Assembly (NCBI GenBank): GCA_947651825.1
Contig: CANTAQ010000001.1
Span: forward strand, 20,598-84,597
Source of the DNA: an uncultured Clostridium sp.
GTDB taxonomy: Bacteria > Bacillota > Clostridia > TANB77 > CAG-508
Length of the DNA: 64,000 nucleotides
Direction: 5' to 3'
Shown piece by piece: positions 20,112 to 29,988 of the stretch (the first letter of the stretch is position 1; each line of letters opens with the position of its first letter). Position numbers and translations under genes: made by a program. Under the pieces are notes generated by a model. That model saw only the letters and a program-made list of their open reading frames with translations. It did no database searches and was not told the DNA's origin.

Positions 20112-21842
20112 ATGAAAGGTAAGAAAAAATTTGAAGCAGAAGAGTTTAATAATATAAAAGAGATTATTTATAACTCTGCAAAAAAATATAAAGATAAAAT
20201 TGCATTTACAATAAAACATCAGGAAAAGAAAAAAGTTGAATATGAAAATGTAACATATGAAAGACTACTAGATGATATAAATGCATTTGGTGCAGGATTA
20301 TTTAAATTAGGTGCTAAGGGAAAAAGAGTTGCAATAATTGGAAAAAACAGATATGAATGGGCTGTTACTTATTTGGCAAATTTACTAGGAGGAATTGTAG
20401 CAGTTCCATTAGATAAAGATTTGCAATATGAAGAACTTGAAAGTTCATTAATTAGAAGTAAAGCTGATATGATAGTTTTTGACGAAAAGTTAGTAGATAA
20501 AATGGAACAAATAAGAGAAAATAATAATACTAACTTAAAAGAATTTATATGTATGAGCAAAGTAGATGGATTTAAATCTTTTACTGAAATAATGGAGCAA
20601 GGAAGTAAAGAACTAAAATCAAATAAAGAATATTTAGAGGTGAAAATAGATGAAAATGTGATGAACATTTTGCTATTTACTTCAGGAACAACTTCAAAAT
20701 CAAAAGCAGTTATGCTTTCACAAAAAAATATTGCATCAAATATTTATGCAATGCAATGTTGTGAAGATATTAGAAGTACAGACGTTAATATAGCATTCTT
20801 ACCATTTCATCATATTTTTGGGTCAACTTGTATTATAATGATGATAGCTTCAGGAGTAAAAACAGCTTTTCCAGATGGATTAAGATATATAAAGCAAAAT
20901 TTAAATGAATATAAAGTTACTTTATTTGTAGGTGTACCAGTTTTAACAGAGGCAATTTACAAAACAATAATGAAAGAAATTGATAAACAAGGTAAAACAA
21001 AATTAATAAATACAGCTATAAAAATTAGTAATTTTCTATTAAAGTTACATATAGATATAAGAAGAAAATTATTCAAACAGGTTATTGACGCATTAGGAGG
21101 AGAATTAAGATTTGTAATTTCAGGAGGTGCACCAGCAGACCCTATAATTTCAAAAGGATTTAATGATTTAGGAATAAAGGTAGTACAAGGATATGGCTTA
21201 ACAGAAACATCACCAGTAATTGCAGCAGAAGATGATGTGCATATGAAAAATGGTACAGTAGGTGTACCAATGACTAATGTTACTATAGAGATAGTAAATA
21301 AAGATAATAATGGAATAGGAGAAATAAGAGCAAAAGGTCCTAATGTTATGCTTGGATATTACGAAATGCCAGAAGAAACAGAAGAAGTTTTAAAAGATGG
21401 ATGGTTTTATACAGGAGATTTAGGATATATAGATAAAGAAGGGTATATAGTTATAACAGGAAGAAGCAAAAATATGATTGTTTTAAAAAATGGAAAAAAG
21501 ATATTTCCTGAAGAATTAGAAACAATTGTAAATAGATTAGAACTAGTTGCAGAATCAATGGTATTTGGTTTACCAGATGATAGAGATAAAAATGATATTA
21601 AATTATCAGTAAAAGTTGTTTATGATAAAGAAATTGTAAAGGAAAAATATCCAGAAAAGACAGAAGAAGAACTTCATAAGATAATATGGGAGCAAATAAA
21701 AGAACTGAATAAGGGATTCCCAAGATACAAACATATACAAAATATGATATTAACAGGAGAAGAACTTATAAAAACAACAACTAAAAAGGTAAAAAGACAA
21801 GATAATTTAAAATTGATATTAGAAAAAGAAAAACAGGCTTAA
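20112..21842 (+). CDS. AMP-dependent synthetase/ligase (long-chain fatty-acid--CoA ligase-like)
   Basis: AMP-binding motif LLFTSGTTSKSKAVMLSQKN, and GYGLTETS. RBS AAGGAGG. Confidence 0.8.
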   Translation: MKGKKKFEAEEFNNIKEIIYNSAKKYKDKIAFTIKHQEKKKVEYENVTYERLLDDINAFGAGLFKLGAKGKRVAIIGKNRYEWAVTYLANLLGGIVAVPLDKDLQYEELESSLIRSKADMIVFDEKLVDKMEQIRENNNTNLKEFICMSKVDGFKSFTEIMEQGSKELKSNKEYLEVKIDENVMNILLFTSGTTSKSKAVMLSQKNIASNIYAMQCCEDIRSTDVNIAFLPFHHIFGSTCIIMMIASGVKTAFPDGLRYIKQNLNEYKVTLFVGVPVLTEAIYKTIMKEIDKQGKTKLINTAIKISNFLLKLHIDIRRKLFKQVIDALGGELRFVISGGAPADPIISKGFNDLGIKVVQGYGLTETSPVIAAEDDVHMKNGTVGVPMTNVTIEIVNKDNNGIGEIRAKGPNVMLGYYEMPEETEEVLKDGWFYTGDLGYIDKEGYIVITGRSKNMIVLKNGKKIFPEELETIVNRLELVAESMVFGLPDDRDKNDIKLSVKVVYDKEIVKEKYPEKTEEELHKIIWEQIKELNKGFPRYKHIQNMILTGEELIKTTTKKVKRQDNLKLILEKEKQA

Positions 21843-21861
21843 TCCTGTTTTTCTTTTTTAC
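21829..21861 (+). terminator. Rho-independent terminator of the CoA-ligase gene
   Basis: AAACAGG-CTTAAT-CCTGTTT stem-loop, then TTCTTTTTT. Confidence 0.5.
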
Positions 21862-22000
21862 TCTCTTTAATTTCTGGAATTATAATCTCCTTTTTATTTT
21901 CTTTTGGTTTAGGTTTTGCAGCATTTAAATGTTCATATACAGGAGATATTTCTAAATCATTATCATCATTTACAACAACTTCAATATCTTGATTATCCAT
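21839..22000 (-). CDS. Hypothetical small protein (53 aa) convergent with, and overlapping, the ligase stop
   Basis: Strong RBS (GGAGG 8 nt before the ATG). It translates MDNQDIEVVVNDDNDLEISPVYEHLNAAKPKPKENKKEIIIPEIKESKKEKQD. Confidence 0.3.
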   Translation of the reverse strand: MDNQDIEVVVNDDNDLEISPVYEHLNAAKPKPKENKKEIIIPEIKESKKEKQD

Positions 22001-22141
22001 AATAAACCTCCATTAATCATGTTATCTCATGAAATATACTTTTATAATATCATATCAGTTATATTATGTCAAAGGAAAGAGTGATTTTTTTATTTTTGTT
22101 TGCATATACTATAATAATCTAAAATTTATAGGAGGTAAATT

Positions 22142-22666
22142 ATGGACTATGAGGAGTATATGAGAAGTGTTTTAGGATATAATCAAATTCCAAATAATAT
22201 TTATACAAATACATATAATGATTATTATTATGATACACAATACTTAAATACACAAGCAAATACAGATGCTCTAAATGACATGTATCCAGAAATATATAGA
22301 ATTATATATCCAATGGTATGTAGAGTGTGTACACAAAATGTTCAAAGAGAAATAACGAAAGAAATGATTGAGAATATGACAGAAGAAGTTTATAGAAATG
22401 TGGAGCCACCAGATGTTCAAAATAACTCTACACAAAATGCAATACAACGAATGCCACTAAAAAATGGAGACGTAAGAAATCCAAATGCTAAAGAAGAACA
22501 AATAGTAAGGGGAGAAACAAGGCAAAATAATTTTGCACTAAGAGACTTAATAAAAATTTTAATAATAAGGGAATTATTAAGACCTAATAGACCACCACAA
22601 ATGCCAAGACCTCCAAGACCTCCACGCCCACCATATGATCAAAGACCTCCATGGAGACCATATTAA
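22142..22666 (+). CDS. Hypothetical protein with a Tyr/Asn-rich N-terminus and a Pro/Arg-rich C-terminus (PRPPRPPRPPY); possibly spore-coat associated
   Basis: RBS TAGGAGG. The composition is typical of spore-coat/exosporium proteins, but no homolog was recognised. Confidence 0.5.
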   Translation: MDYEEYMRSVLGYNQIPNNIYTNTYNDYYYDTQYLNTQANTDALNDMYPEIYRIIYPMVCRVCTQNVQREITKEMIENMTEEVYRNVEPPDVQNNSTQNAIQRMPLKNGDVRNPNAKEEQIVRGETRQNNFALRDLIKILIIRELLRPNRPPQMPRPPRPPRPPYDQRPPWRPY

Positions 22667-22734
22667 AAAATATGTATATTTTTCCTTTCAAAAATAAATA
22701 ATAATAACATATTGTTTTTTAGAAAGGAGATATA

Positions 22735-23178
22735 ATGAAAGTAAAAGAATGCATGTGTACACAAATTTCTTGTGTATCACCAGAAACTAATTTGACTGAA
22801 GTAGCTAAAATTATGAAAGATAAGCATGTTGGATGTATACCTGTTTGTAATACAAACAATCAAATAGTAGGATTAATAACAGACAGAGATTTGGTTTTAA
22901 GAGGAATTGCTTGTAATAAAGATACAAACACAACACCTGCAAGTGACATAATGACAACTAAACTTTATTCAGTTACACCTGATGAAAATGTTGAAAATGC
23001 AACTAAAACAATGTGCGAATGTCAAGTAAGAAGGATACCTGTTATTGAAAATAATACAATGGTAGGAATATTAACATTAGCTGATATTGCAAATAAAAAT
23101 GAAATTAATCAAGAACAAGTTGGGCATACAGTAGAAGGTATTTGCAAATGTGGAAATCATGCTAGAAATAATGAATAA
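22735..23178 (+). CDS. CBS-pair domain protein with a Cys-rich C-terminus
   Basis: Two CBS repeats (IPVCNTNNQIVGLITDRDL and RIPVIENNTMVGILTLADI), then CKCGNH. Confidence 0.75.
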   Translation: MKVKECMCTQISCVSPETNLTEVAKIMKDKHVGCIPVCNTNNQIVGLITDRDLVLRGIACNKDTNTTPASDIMTTKLYSVTPDENVENATKTMCECQVRRIPVIENNTMVGILTLADIANKNEINQEQVGHTVEGICKCGNHARNNE

Positions 23179-23257
23179 GTTGTTGTATAGAGAGTTCTAT
23201 ACAACAAAAAATTATAATAGGTCAGGACAAACTGACCTATTACATAAGGAGAGAAAA

Positions 23258-24350
23258 ATGGTAATTGATGTTGGATATTGGACAAGAGTACTAAAAAGGA
23301 TACTAATATTAGCTATTTCACTTTTAGTAATATACTTGAGTTTTAAACTAGCTATTTTTTATATGCCTTTTTTGATTGCATTAATAATTTCTTTAATGGT
23401 AGAACCATTAATTAAGAAAATCGTCAATAAAACACACATCACGAGAAAACGTGTAGCTGTGTGTGTAATTGTAGTAATATTTTTGATTATTTTTGGATTA
23501 ATTGCATGGGGAATATTTAGTCTTATAACAGAAAGCTCAAACTTAATGCAAAAATTAAATTATTATATAGAGATTGGTACTGAGAAAATAAGCGATTATA
23601 TAGATAAAATAAGAAGTAGAGAAACTTCAATACCAGAACAAGTGATAACATTAGTAGAAAATTCTTCAGATAAAATAATAGTAAATGTTTCAAATTTTGC
23701 ATATGAAATGCTCACTAAAGTAACACATATAATATCTTCACTTCCAGTATTTGCAATATATGCATTTATAACAATATTATCAACATATTTTATATGTACA
23801 GATAGAATGTATATTTTAGATCAAATGGAACATCATTTACCATCTATATGGGTAAAAAAAATAGGTATACACTTTAGAAGTATTATAAAAAGTTTAGGAT
23901 GTTATTTAAAAGCAGAAATAATTTTAGTAATAATATCATTTTTTATTGTTTTGGTAGGATTATATATATTAAAATTTACAGGACATAATGTTCCATATCC
24001 ATTACTTACATCTATTGGAATTGGGCTTGTAGATGCATTACCAATACTTCGGCTCAGGGACAGTAATGGTGCCATGGGCTATAGTTGTTGCTATAAATGG
24101 AGATTTACCACTTGGAATATATATAATAATTATACTAGTTATAATAATGGTAGCAAGACAATTATTGGAACCTAAAATAGTAAGTAGTAATATAGGAATT
24201 CATCCAATTTTTACATTGATTGCAATGTACACAGGATTTAAATTAACGGGGGTATTAGGACTTTTTATAGGACCAATAATTTTTATAATATTAAAAAATA
24301 TATTTAAAACGATGATAGAGAATGGAATTGTTAAAAGCATATTGGATTAG
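23258..24350 (+). pseudogene. AI-2E family transporter / sporulation integral membrane protein YtvI-like, disrupted by a 1-nt insertion near 24050
   Basis: ORF 23150-24175 ends ...DALPILRLRDSNG. The +1 frame ORF 24033-24350 reads GSGTVMVPWAI.... Deleting c24050 (cttCggc) restores the family signature DALPILGSGTVMVPWA. RBS AAGGAGAG before ATG 23258. Confidence 0.65.
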
Positions 24351-24475
24351 CTATTTACAAAATGCTATAAATATGATAAAAATATAGTGTAAAGTTGGAA
24401 AATATAACTTAAGGGTCGCTATCTTTGGCGACCCAAAAATCCATAAACAACAAATTAGTTAAAAGAAGGTAATAC

Positions 24476-25855
24476 ATGTTAAAGAAAAATGAAGTATATG
24501 AAGTAGAAGTAATTGATAATGGATATCAAGGAGAAGGAATTGCAAAAATTGATAATATGCCTATATTTATACAAGGAGCTATAGTAGGAGAAAGGCTAGA
24601 GATAAAGATTTTAAAAGTACAATCAAGTTTTGCTTATGGGAAAATAATTAAGATAATAAAAGCATCTGCTGTAAGAGTTGAAGCAGAATGCAAAGATTAT
24701 ACTAAATGTGGTGGTTGTAATTTAAGACATGTAAAATATGAAGAAACATTGGAGATAAAAAAGGCAATTGTAGAAAATTGCTTGTATAAATCATTTGGAC
24801 AAGAACATAAAGTTAAAAATGTGATTGGAATGGAAAAACCATTGTTTTATAGAAATAAATTGCAATATCCAGTAGGTGCAGATAAAGATAATAATAAAGT
24901 TATGGGAATATATGCAAGCAGAACACATAACATCATACCAGTAAATAAGTGCTACATTCAAAACGAAGCTTGTGAAGAGATTGCAAGAGACATTTTTGAA
25001 TTTATAAAAGAAAATGATATTTCAACATATAATGAGGAAACACTAAAAGGAACATTAAGACATATTGTTGTAAAAATTGGAATAAAGACTAATGAAGTTT
25101 TAGTTACATTAGTACTAAATGATAAGAATTTTAAATGTGATGAGAAATTCACAGAATATATTACTGAAAAATATCCTAATATAAAAACAATTGTAAAAAA
25201 TTATAATATGAAAAATACAAATGTAATATTAGGAAAAGAAAATGAAGTGATATATGGGAATGGATACATTTTTGATATACTAGGCGAGTATAGGTTTAAA
25301 ATATCTCCACTATCATTTTATCAAGTAAATCCACTTCAAACAGAAATACTATATAATACCGCAATGCAACATGTAGAAAAAGAAGAAGGCAAAATAGCAT
25401 TAGATTTATACTGTGGAATAGGAACGATTGGAATATTTGCATCAAAATATTTTAAAAAAGTATATGGAATAGAAATAGTAGAAGAAGCAATAGACAATGC
25501 AAAAGAAAATGCTAAAATAAACAATGTAGAAAATATTGAATTTTATGCAGGAGATGTAGAAAAGGTATTACCTAAAATCCTAGAAAAAGAAAATATAAAA
25601 CCAGATACAATATTTGTAGACCCACCAAGAAAAGGATTAGATAATAATACTATACAGTTATTGAACAAACTAGAAGTAGAAAATATAATATACATAAGTT
25701 GTAATCCTGCAACACTTGCAAGAGATTTGAAATTATTAAGTGAAAAGTATGAGATAGGGGAAGTACAGCCAGTTGATATGTTTCCGTATACTTCACACGT
25801 GGAAGTAGTCTCAGTGCTAGGTCTAAAAGAAGAAAAAAAGCCTAAAAATCAATAA
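24476..25855 (+). CDS. rlmD: 23S rRNA (uracil-C5)-methyltransferase RlmD/RumA family (TRAM + 4Fe-4S + SAM-MTase)
   Basis: N-terminal TRAM domain, Cys cluster CKDYTKCGGCNLRH, the MTase motif FYQVNP...LDLYCGIGTIG, and the catalytic Cys region ISCNPATLARD. Confidence 0.8.
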   Translation: MLKKNEVYEVEVIDNGYQGEGIAKIDNMPIFIQGAIVGERLEIKILKVQSSFAYGKIIKIIKASAVRVEAECKDYTKCGGCNLRHVKYEETLEIKKAIVENCLYKSFGQEHKVKNVIGMEKPLFYRNKLQYPVGADKDNNKVMGIYASRTHNIIPVNKCYIQNEACEEIARDIFEFIKENDISTYNEETLKGTLRHIVVKIGIKTNEVLVTLVLNDKNFKCDEKFTEYITEKYPNIKTIVKNYNMKNTNVILGKENEVIYGNGYIFDILGEYRFKISPLSFYQVNPLQTEILYNTAMQHVEKEEGKIALDLYCGIGTIGIFASKYFKKVYGIEIVEEAIDNAKENAKINNVENIEFYAGDVEKVLPKILEKENIKPDTIFVDPPRKGLDNNTIQLLNKLEVENIIYISCNPATLARDLKLLSEKYEIGEVQPVDMFPYTSHVEVVSVLGLKEEKKPKNQ

Positions 25856-25977
25856 TTATAAAAATGATTGAAATAAAAATTTTAGCAAAAAGGGAAAAAA
25901 TCAAAAAAATTTATAAAAAGAATTAGCAATATGGAGTGTGGGGAAAAGAAATCAAATAAATAATTTTTAACCAGTGT

Positions 25978-26004
25978 AAAGCATAGAAATATGCTTTATT
26001 TTTT
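25978..26004 (+). terminator. Rho-independent terminator downstream of rlmD
   Basis: AAAGCATA-GAAA-TATGCTTT, then ATTTTTT. Confidence 0.4.
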
Positions 26005-26201
26005 AGCTTTAAAAGGTTTTATACTAGCATTATGCCCAAAAGTTGTGGGAGTATTTTTTTATAATTCCCCCTTACAAACCCCTTTTATTACTTACTCTTT
26101 ACTAGCTGAAAAGAATATATATATTAAATAAAATAAAAATTGCACCTTTGCATTATATAGGAAATGCGACTAAAATAAAAACAAGTAAGGAGGAATGAAT
26201 T

Positions 26202-26657
26202 ATGAGAAAGATTATTGTAATTATTATAGTCGCAATGATTTCTAGTTTTAGTTATTATGGAGCAGTAAATGAAAAAAGAGAAAAAGTAGTAGATTTTACT
26301 ACTAGCACACAAGAAGAAAATAAAAATGTAGAAGAAACACCAGAAAATATTATAGAGCAAATAGAAAATACAATAGCACAAGCAGAAACAACACAAAACC
26401 AAGAAACAAAGACACAAGGTATAGAAAATGAAAAGATAACAACACCTATTGTGAAAAAGTCAAATACAAGTGAAAACAACAAAAACAGTGTAAACAAAGA
26501 AGCAACAAAAACAATAGAAAGCAAAACTATTACACAGCCAAAAGTTACAGAGAAAAAAAGAGATGTAGCAATAGAAGAAACACCAATAAATAAGAGTAAA
26601 AATCAAAATTCTAATACCAATAATGTACCAAAATGTAGTCATTCAAATAGTAACTAG
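26202..26657 (+). CDS. Hypothetical secreted/membrane-anchored low-complexity (E/T/N/K-rich) protein
   Basis: RBS AAGGAGG; N-terminal hydrophobic anchor. An in-frame TAG at 26655 is followed by 58 more protein-like codons (see findings). Confidence 0.5.
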   Translation: MRKIIVIIIVAMISSFSYYGAVNEKREKVVDFTTSTQEENKNVEETPENIIEQIENTIAQAETTQNQETKTQGIENEKITTPIVKKSNTSENNKNSVNKEATKTIESKTITQPKVTEKKRDVAIEETPINKSKNQNSNTNNVPKCSHSNSN

Positions 26658-26852
26658 TATAATTCAAAAGTAGAGGCAATAGCAATATATAATGCAGAAA
26701 TAAAAAAATGGGGCGATAAATGGACAAATTATGAAATAGATAATGATACCTATTATAAGAATTGTCCTAGTGGATACGAAGTATTTAGTTGTCTATATTG
26801 CAATAAGTGGACTATAAATTTATATTATTAATGAAAAGGTAGGTAATAGAAA

Positions 26853-27236
26853 ATGGAATTAAAAAAAGAATATATTGATGAAAAAACAGAAATAGCATAT
26901 ACATTAAAAGGAAATTATTATTTTCCTAATTTATCTATAACAAAAGATAGAAATTTTACGATTGGAAGATATGGAAAAGCAAGATTAAGATACATTAAAC
27001 AATACAACAAAGTTTTATATAATAACTTATTATTAAATGGAAAATTAGATACTTATTTACATTCAATAGATATGAAATGCAATACAGTTTTAGAAAGTCT
27101 AATAACAAAACTAGCTAAACAAGAAAATGTTACAGAAGATTTAAAAGCAAGTTATCAATTAGAATGGGTAACTAGAATGAATAATATTAAAAATAGAGCA
27201 GAGGAAATTATTTATAACGAGTATGTATATATTTAA
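26853..27236 (+). CDS. TnpV-like transposon-associated protein
   Basis: MELKKEYIDEKTEIAYTL...NFTIGRYGKARLRYIKQ...LLNGKLDTYLHSID...YQLEWVTRMNNIKNRAEEII. Its size (127 aa) and conserved blocks match the TnpV family found in Tn4451-type clostridial elements. Confidence 0.55.
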   Translation: MELKKEYIDEKTEIAYTLKGNYYFPNLSITKDRNFTIGRYGKARLRYIKQYNKVLYNNLLLNGKLDTYLHSIDMKCNTVLESLITKLAKQENVTEDLKASYQLEWVTRMNNIKNRAEEIIYNEYVYI

Positions 27237-27256
27237 AAATAGAAATCAAATTATAG

Positions 27257-27297
27257 CCTTATATCGAATCAAAAATTGATATAAGGTTTATTTTTTT
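27257..27297 (+). terminator. Rho-independent terminator
   Basis: CCTTATATC-N12-GATATAAGG stem, then TTTATTTTTTT. Confidence 0.6.
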
Positions 27298-27300
27298 GCA

Positions 27301-27420
27301 AATCAAAGATGATTATAAATCTGCATTGATAGATTTATCTATCAGTGTAGCGAGCATAGGTTTTGTATAGCACACAAAACCGACAACTATTGCTGAAAGG
27401 GGTTTTGCACCCCTATAACC
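27301..27420. promoter_or_regulatory. Putative oriT / nic region: three consecutive hairpins between tnpV-like and mobC-like genes
   Basis: IRs TGATAGAT-T-TATCTATCA, GGTTTTGT-ATAGCAC-ACAAAACC, and AGGGG-TTTTGCAC-CCCCT. The position, immediately upstream of MobC and the relaxase, is typical of an oriT. Confidence 0.35.
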
Positions 27421-27453
27421 CCAACTAAAAAATGAAAGGAAGTGTAAAAAATT

Positions 27454-27777
27454 TTGAAAGAAAAAGTAGTACAAATATGTATAAGAGTTAGTAAAAATGA
27501 AAAGAAAAAATTACAGCAAAAAGCAAAAAAATGTAACTTATCTTTATCAAATTATTTAAGGAAAACAGGACTAAAACAAAAAATTTATCCAATACCAGAT
27601 AAAGAATTTTATCAAATTTATTTACAAGTATGTCAATTAAAAAATGACATTTTAAAAATAGATATAGAACAAATAGAAGAATGTTTAGAGATAATAGAAC
27701 ACAATTTTTTAGTGATTTATAATTCAAAAAGTAATGGAGATGATGACGATGGCGACAACAAAAATATGGTCAGTTAA
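27454..27777 (+). CDS. MobC-like relaxosome accessory protein (ribbon-helix-helix), TTG start
   Basis: IRVSKNEKKKLQQKAKKCNLSLSNYLRKTGL matches the MobC/RHH mobilisation-protein signature. It ends in an acidic tail. Confidence 0.6.
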   Translation: MKEKVVQICIRVSKNEKKKLQQKAKKCNLSLSNYLRKTGLKQKIYPIPDKEFYQIYLQVCQLKNDILKIDIEQIEECLEIIEHNFLVIYNSKSNGDDDDGDNKNMVS

Positions 27778-29119
27778 AGACAGCTTATCACGAGTAGTTA
27801 ATTATGCAAGTAACCCAGAAAAAACGATATTTTCTAATCTAAAACAAGTATTATTATATGCAGAAAATAATGAGAAAACAGTTAATGAAAAAGAAAAAAT
27901 AATGTATGTAACAGGAGTAAATTGTAAAGCCGAAACAGCCTATGAAGAAATGAAAATGACACAAGAAAAGTTTGGAAAATGCACAGGAAATATCGCATAT
28001 CACGCATATCAAAGTTTTAAAACTGGCGAAGTTTCTCCAGAACTTGCACACGAAATTGGAGTAAAACTTGCAAGGAAAATGTGGGCAGAACACCAAGTAT
28101 TAGTTGCAACACATTTCAATACAGGCACATATCATAATCATTTTGTAGTGTGCACTGTTAATATGTTTACAGGGAAAAAGTTTAATTGCAACAAAGGAGC
28201 GTATTATCGTTTTAGAGGTTTATCAGATGAATTATGTAATGAAAATAATTTAACAGTAATTAAGAATCCAAAAGGAAGAACACCAAGAAATATATATTTT
28301 GCAGAAAAAAGGGGAGAACCAACAAAGTATAATCTAATGAGAAAAGCAATAGATGAAACACTAGAAATGTGTGTAAGCTATGCACAATTTAAGAAAGCAA
28401 TGTATAAAAAAGGTTATATCATAAATGATGACCAAAATCGAAAATATGCTACTATTCGTTCAATAAATGATAAAAAAGCAACAAGAATGTACCAATTAGG
28501 AGAAAAATATACACCTAAAAATATTGCAGATAGAGTGTTTAATAACCCTTATTATTTGCAAGAACAGTATTATAAATTTATAAAACCTAGAAAGATATAC
28601 AAGAAAAACAAAGTATGTATGCTTAATGGGAAATTCAAAGATATAAGTAAAATTACAGGGCTTGAAGCTCTTTTTTTATTGCTTTATCACTTATTAGGAC
28701 TAATACCAAAAGAAAATACTAGAAAGCCATTATCTCCAGAAATGAAACAAGAAGTAAGGAAAATGCAAAGATATTCTAACGAGATAAGACTAATAGCAAA
28801 AGAGAAACTACAAACAACAGATGATGTAAAAAGCTATATTTCACAGAATGAAAAGAACATTGCAGAAGTAACTGGAATAAGGCAAAAATACAGAAACAAA
28901 TTAAGAAATTGCAAAGATGATGAGTTAATAAAAGAATATAAAACCAAAAGGGATGAATGCACTACAATTCTAAAAGATTATAGAAATAGCTTAAAAGTTG
29001 CAAATCAAATCGTTGAAGATAACCCAAAAATCAAAGAAGTAATAAGAATAGAAAGACAAGCAAGAAATGAAGAATTGCAACAAACAAAAACAAAATATAA
29101 AAATAGGGAAGTGAGATAA
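27749..29119 (+). CDS. Relaxase / mobilisation nuclease (MobA/VirD2-type)
   Basis: It starts MATTKIWSVK. The 3-His metal motif is HFNTGTYHNHFVV (HxDxxHxH-like). The C-terminal half is long and alpha-helical. GGAG sits 9 nt before ATG 27749. Confidence 0.7.
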   Translation: MATTKIWSVKDSLSRVVNYASNPEKTIFSNLKQVLLYAENNEKTVNEKEKIMYVTGVNCKAETAYEEMKMTQEKFGKCTGNIAYHAYQSFKTGEVSPELAHEIGVKLARKMWAEHQVLVATHFNTGTYHNHFVVCTVNMFTGKKFNCNKGAYYRFRGLSDELCNENNLTVIKNPKGRTPRNIYFAEKRGEPTKYNLMRKAIDETLEMCVSYAQFKKAMYKKGYIINDDQNRKYATIRSINDKKATRMYQLGEKYTPKNIADRVFNNPYYLQEQYYKFIKPRKIYKKNKVCMLNGKFKDISKITGLEALFLLLYHLLGLIPKENTRKPLSPEMKQEVRKMQRYSNEIRLIAKEKLQTTDDVKSYISQNEKNIAEVTGIRQKYRNKLRNCKDDELIKEYKTKRDECTTILKDYRNSLKVANQIVEDNPKIKEVIRIERQARNEELQQTKTKYKNREVR

Positions 29120-29120
29120 A

Positions 29121-29945
29121 ATGAGTGAAAAAATTGTAAATATAAAGGAATTACACGAATTTAAAGATAACCCATACCAAGTAAAAGATAATGAGGATAT
29201 GAAAGATTTAATTGAAAGTATAAAAGAATACGGAGTTATAGAGCCGTTAATAGTAAGGAATAGAGAAAAAGGAGGATATGAAATAGTGAGTGGGCATAGA
29301 AGAAAATATGCGTGTGAAAAAGCAGGAAAAATCGAAATTCCTGTTTTAGTTCGTGATATGGATAAAGATATGGCAATAATTACTCTTGTAGATAGTAACC
29401 TACAAAGAAGTGATATATTACCAAGTGAAAAAGCCTTTGCTTATAAAATGAAATTAGAGGCAGAGAAAAGTCAAAGCAAAAAAAGTTATGGACACAATGT
29501 CCACAAGTCCAGAGATAAAATTGCAGATGGAATAAGTGGTAGGCAAGTACAAAGATATGTAAGATTAACAGAACTTATAAAACCACTATTACAATTAGTT
29601 GATGAAAATAAAATGGCAATGAACCCAGCAGTAGAAATATCATATTTAAAAGAACAGGAACAAAAGGACTTATTAGAAACAATAGAAAGCGAAGATTGCA
29701 CACCCTCATATTCACAAGCAATAAGAATGAAAGAGTTAAGCAAACAAAATAAACTAGATATGGATGCAATTTTCAATATAATGATAGAACAAAAACCAAA
29801 TCAAAAGGAACAGATAAGGTTTAAAGTAGAAAAATTAAAAAGTTATTTTCCAAAGGGTTATAGTACAAAACAAATGGAAGATGTTATAGAAAAATTGTTA
29901 AAACAATATAAACAAAAATGGAAGAATAAAGATTTAGAAAGGTAG
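29121..29945 (+). CDS. ParB-like nuclease/partition domain protein
   Basis: The ParB N-terminal box is IEPLIVRNREKGGYEIVSGHRRKYA. Confidence 0.65.
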   Translation: MSEKIVNIKELHEFKDNPYQVKDNEDMKDLIESIKEYGVIEPLIVRNREKGGYEIVSGHRRKYACEKAGKIEIPVLVRDMDKDMAIITLVDSNLQRSDILPSEKAFAYKMKLEAEKSQSKKSYGHNVHKSRDKIADGISGRQVQRYVRLTELIKPLLQLVDENKMAMNPAVEISYLKEQEQKDLLETIESEDCTPSYSQAIRMKELSKQNKLDMDAIFNIMIEQKPNQKEQIRFKVEKLKSYFPKGYSTKQMEDVIEKLLKQYKQKWKNKDLER

Positions 29946-29988
29946 AGAGAAAACAGAAACAATGAAATGAAAAAGGCTAACAAATAAG

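Noticed and set aside
23150-23257. N-terminal extension of the ytvI-like ORF (MEIMLEIMNKLLYREF...)
   Set aside because: A strong RBS (AAGGAGAG) precedes the internal ATG at 23258, and the extension overlaps the CBS gene. It also contains a hairpin (ATAGGTCAG-N6-CTGACCTAT) that behaves more like an intergenic element.
24411-24438. Hairpin GGGTCGC-TATCTTTG-GCGACCC upstream of rlmD, considered as a terminator
   Set aside because: The flanking A-run is on the wrong side for + strand termination, and there is no minus-strand gene for it to terminate. It is kept only as a possible regulatory stem.
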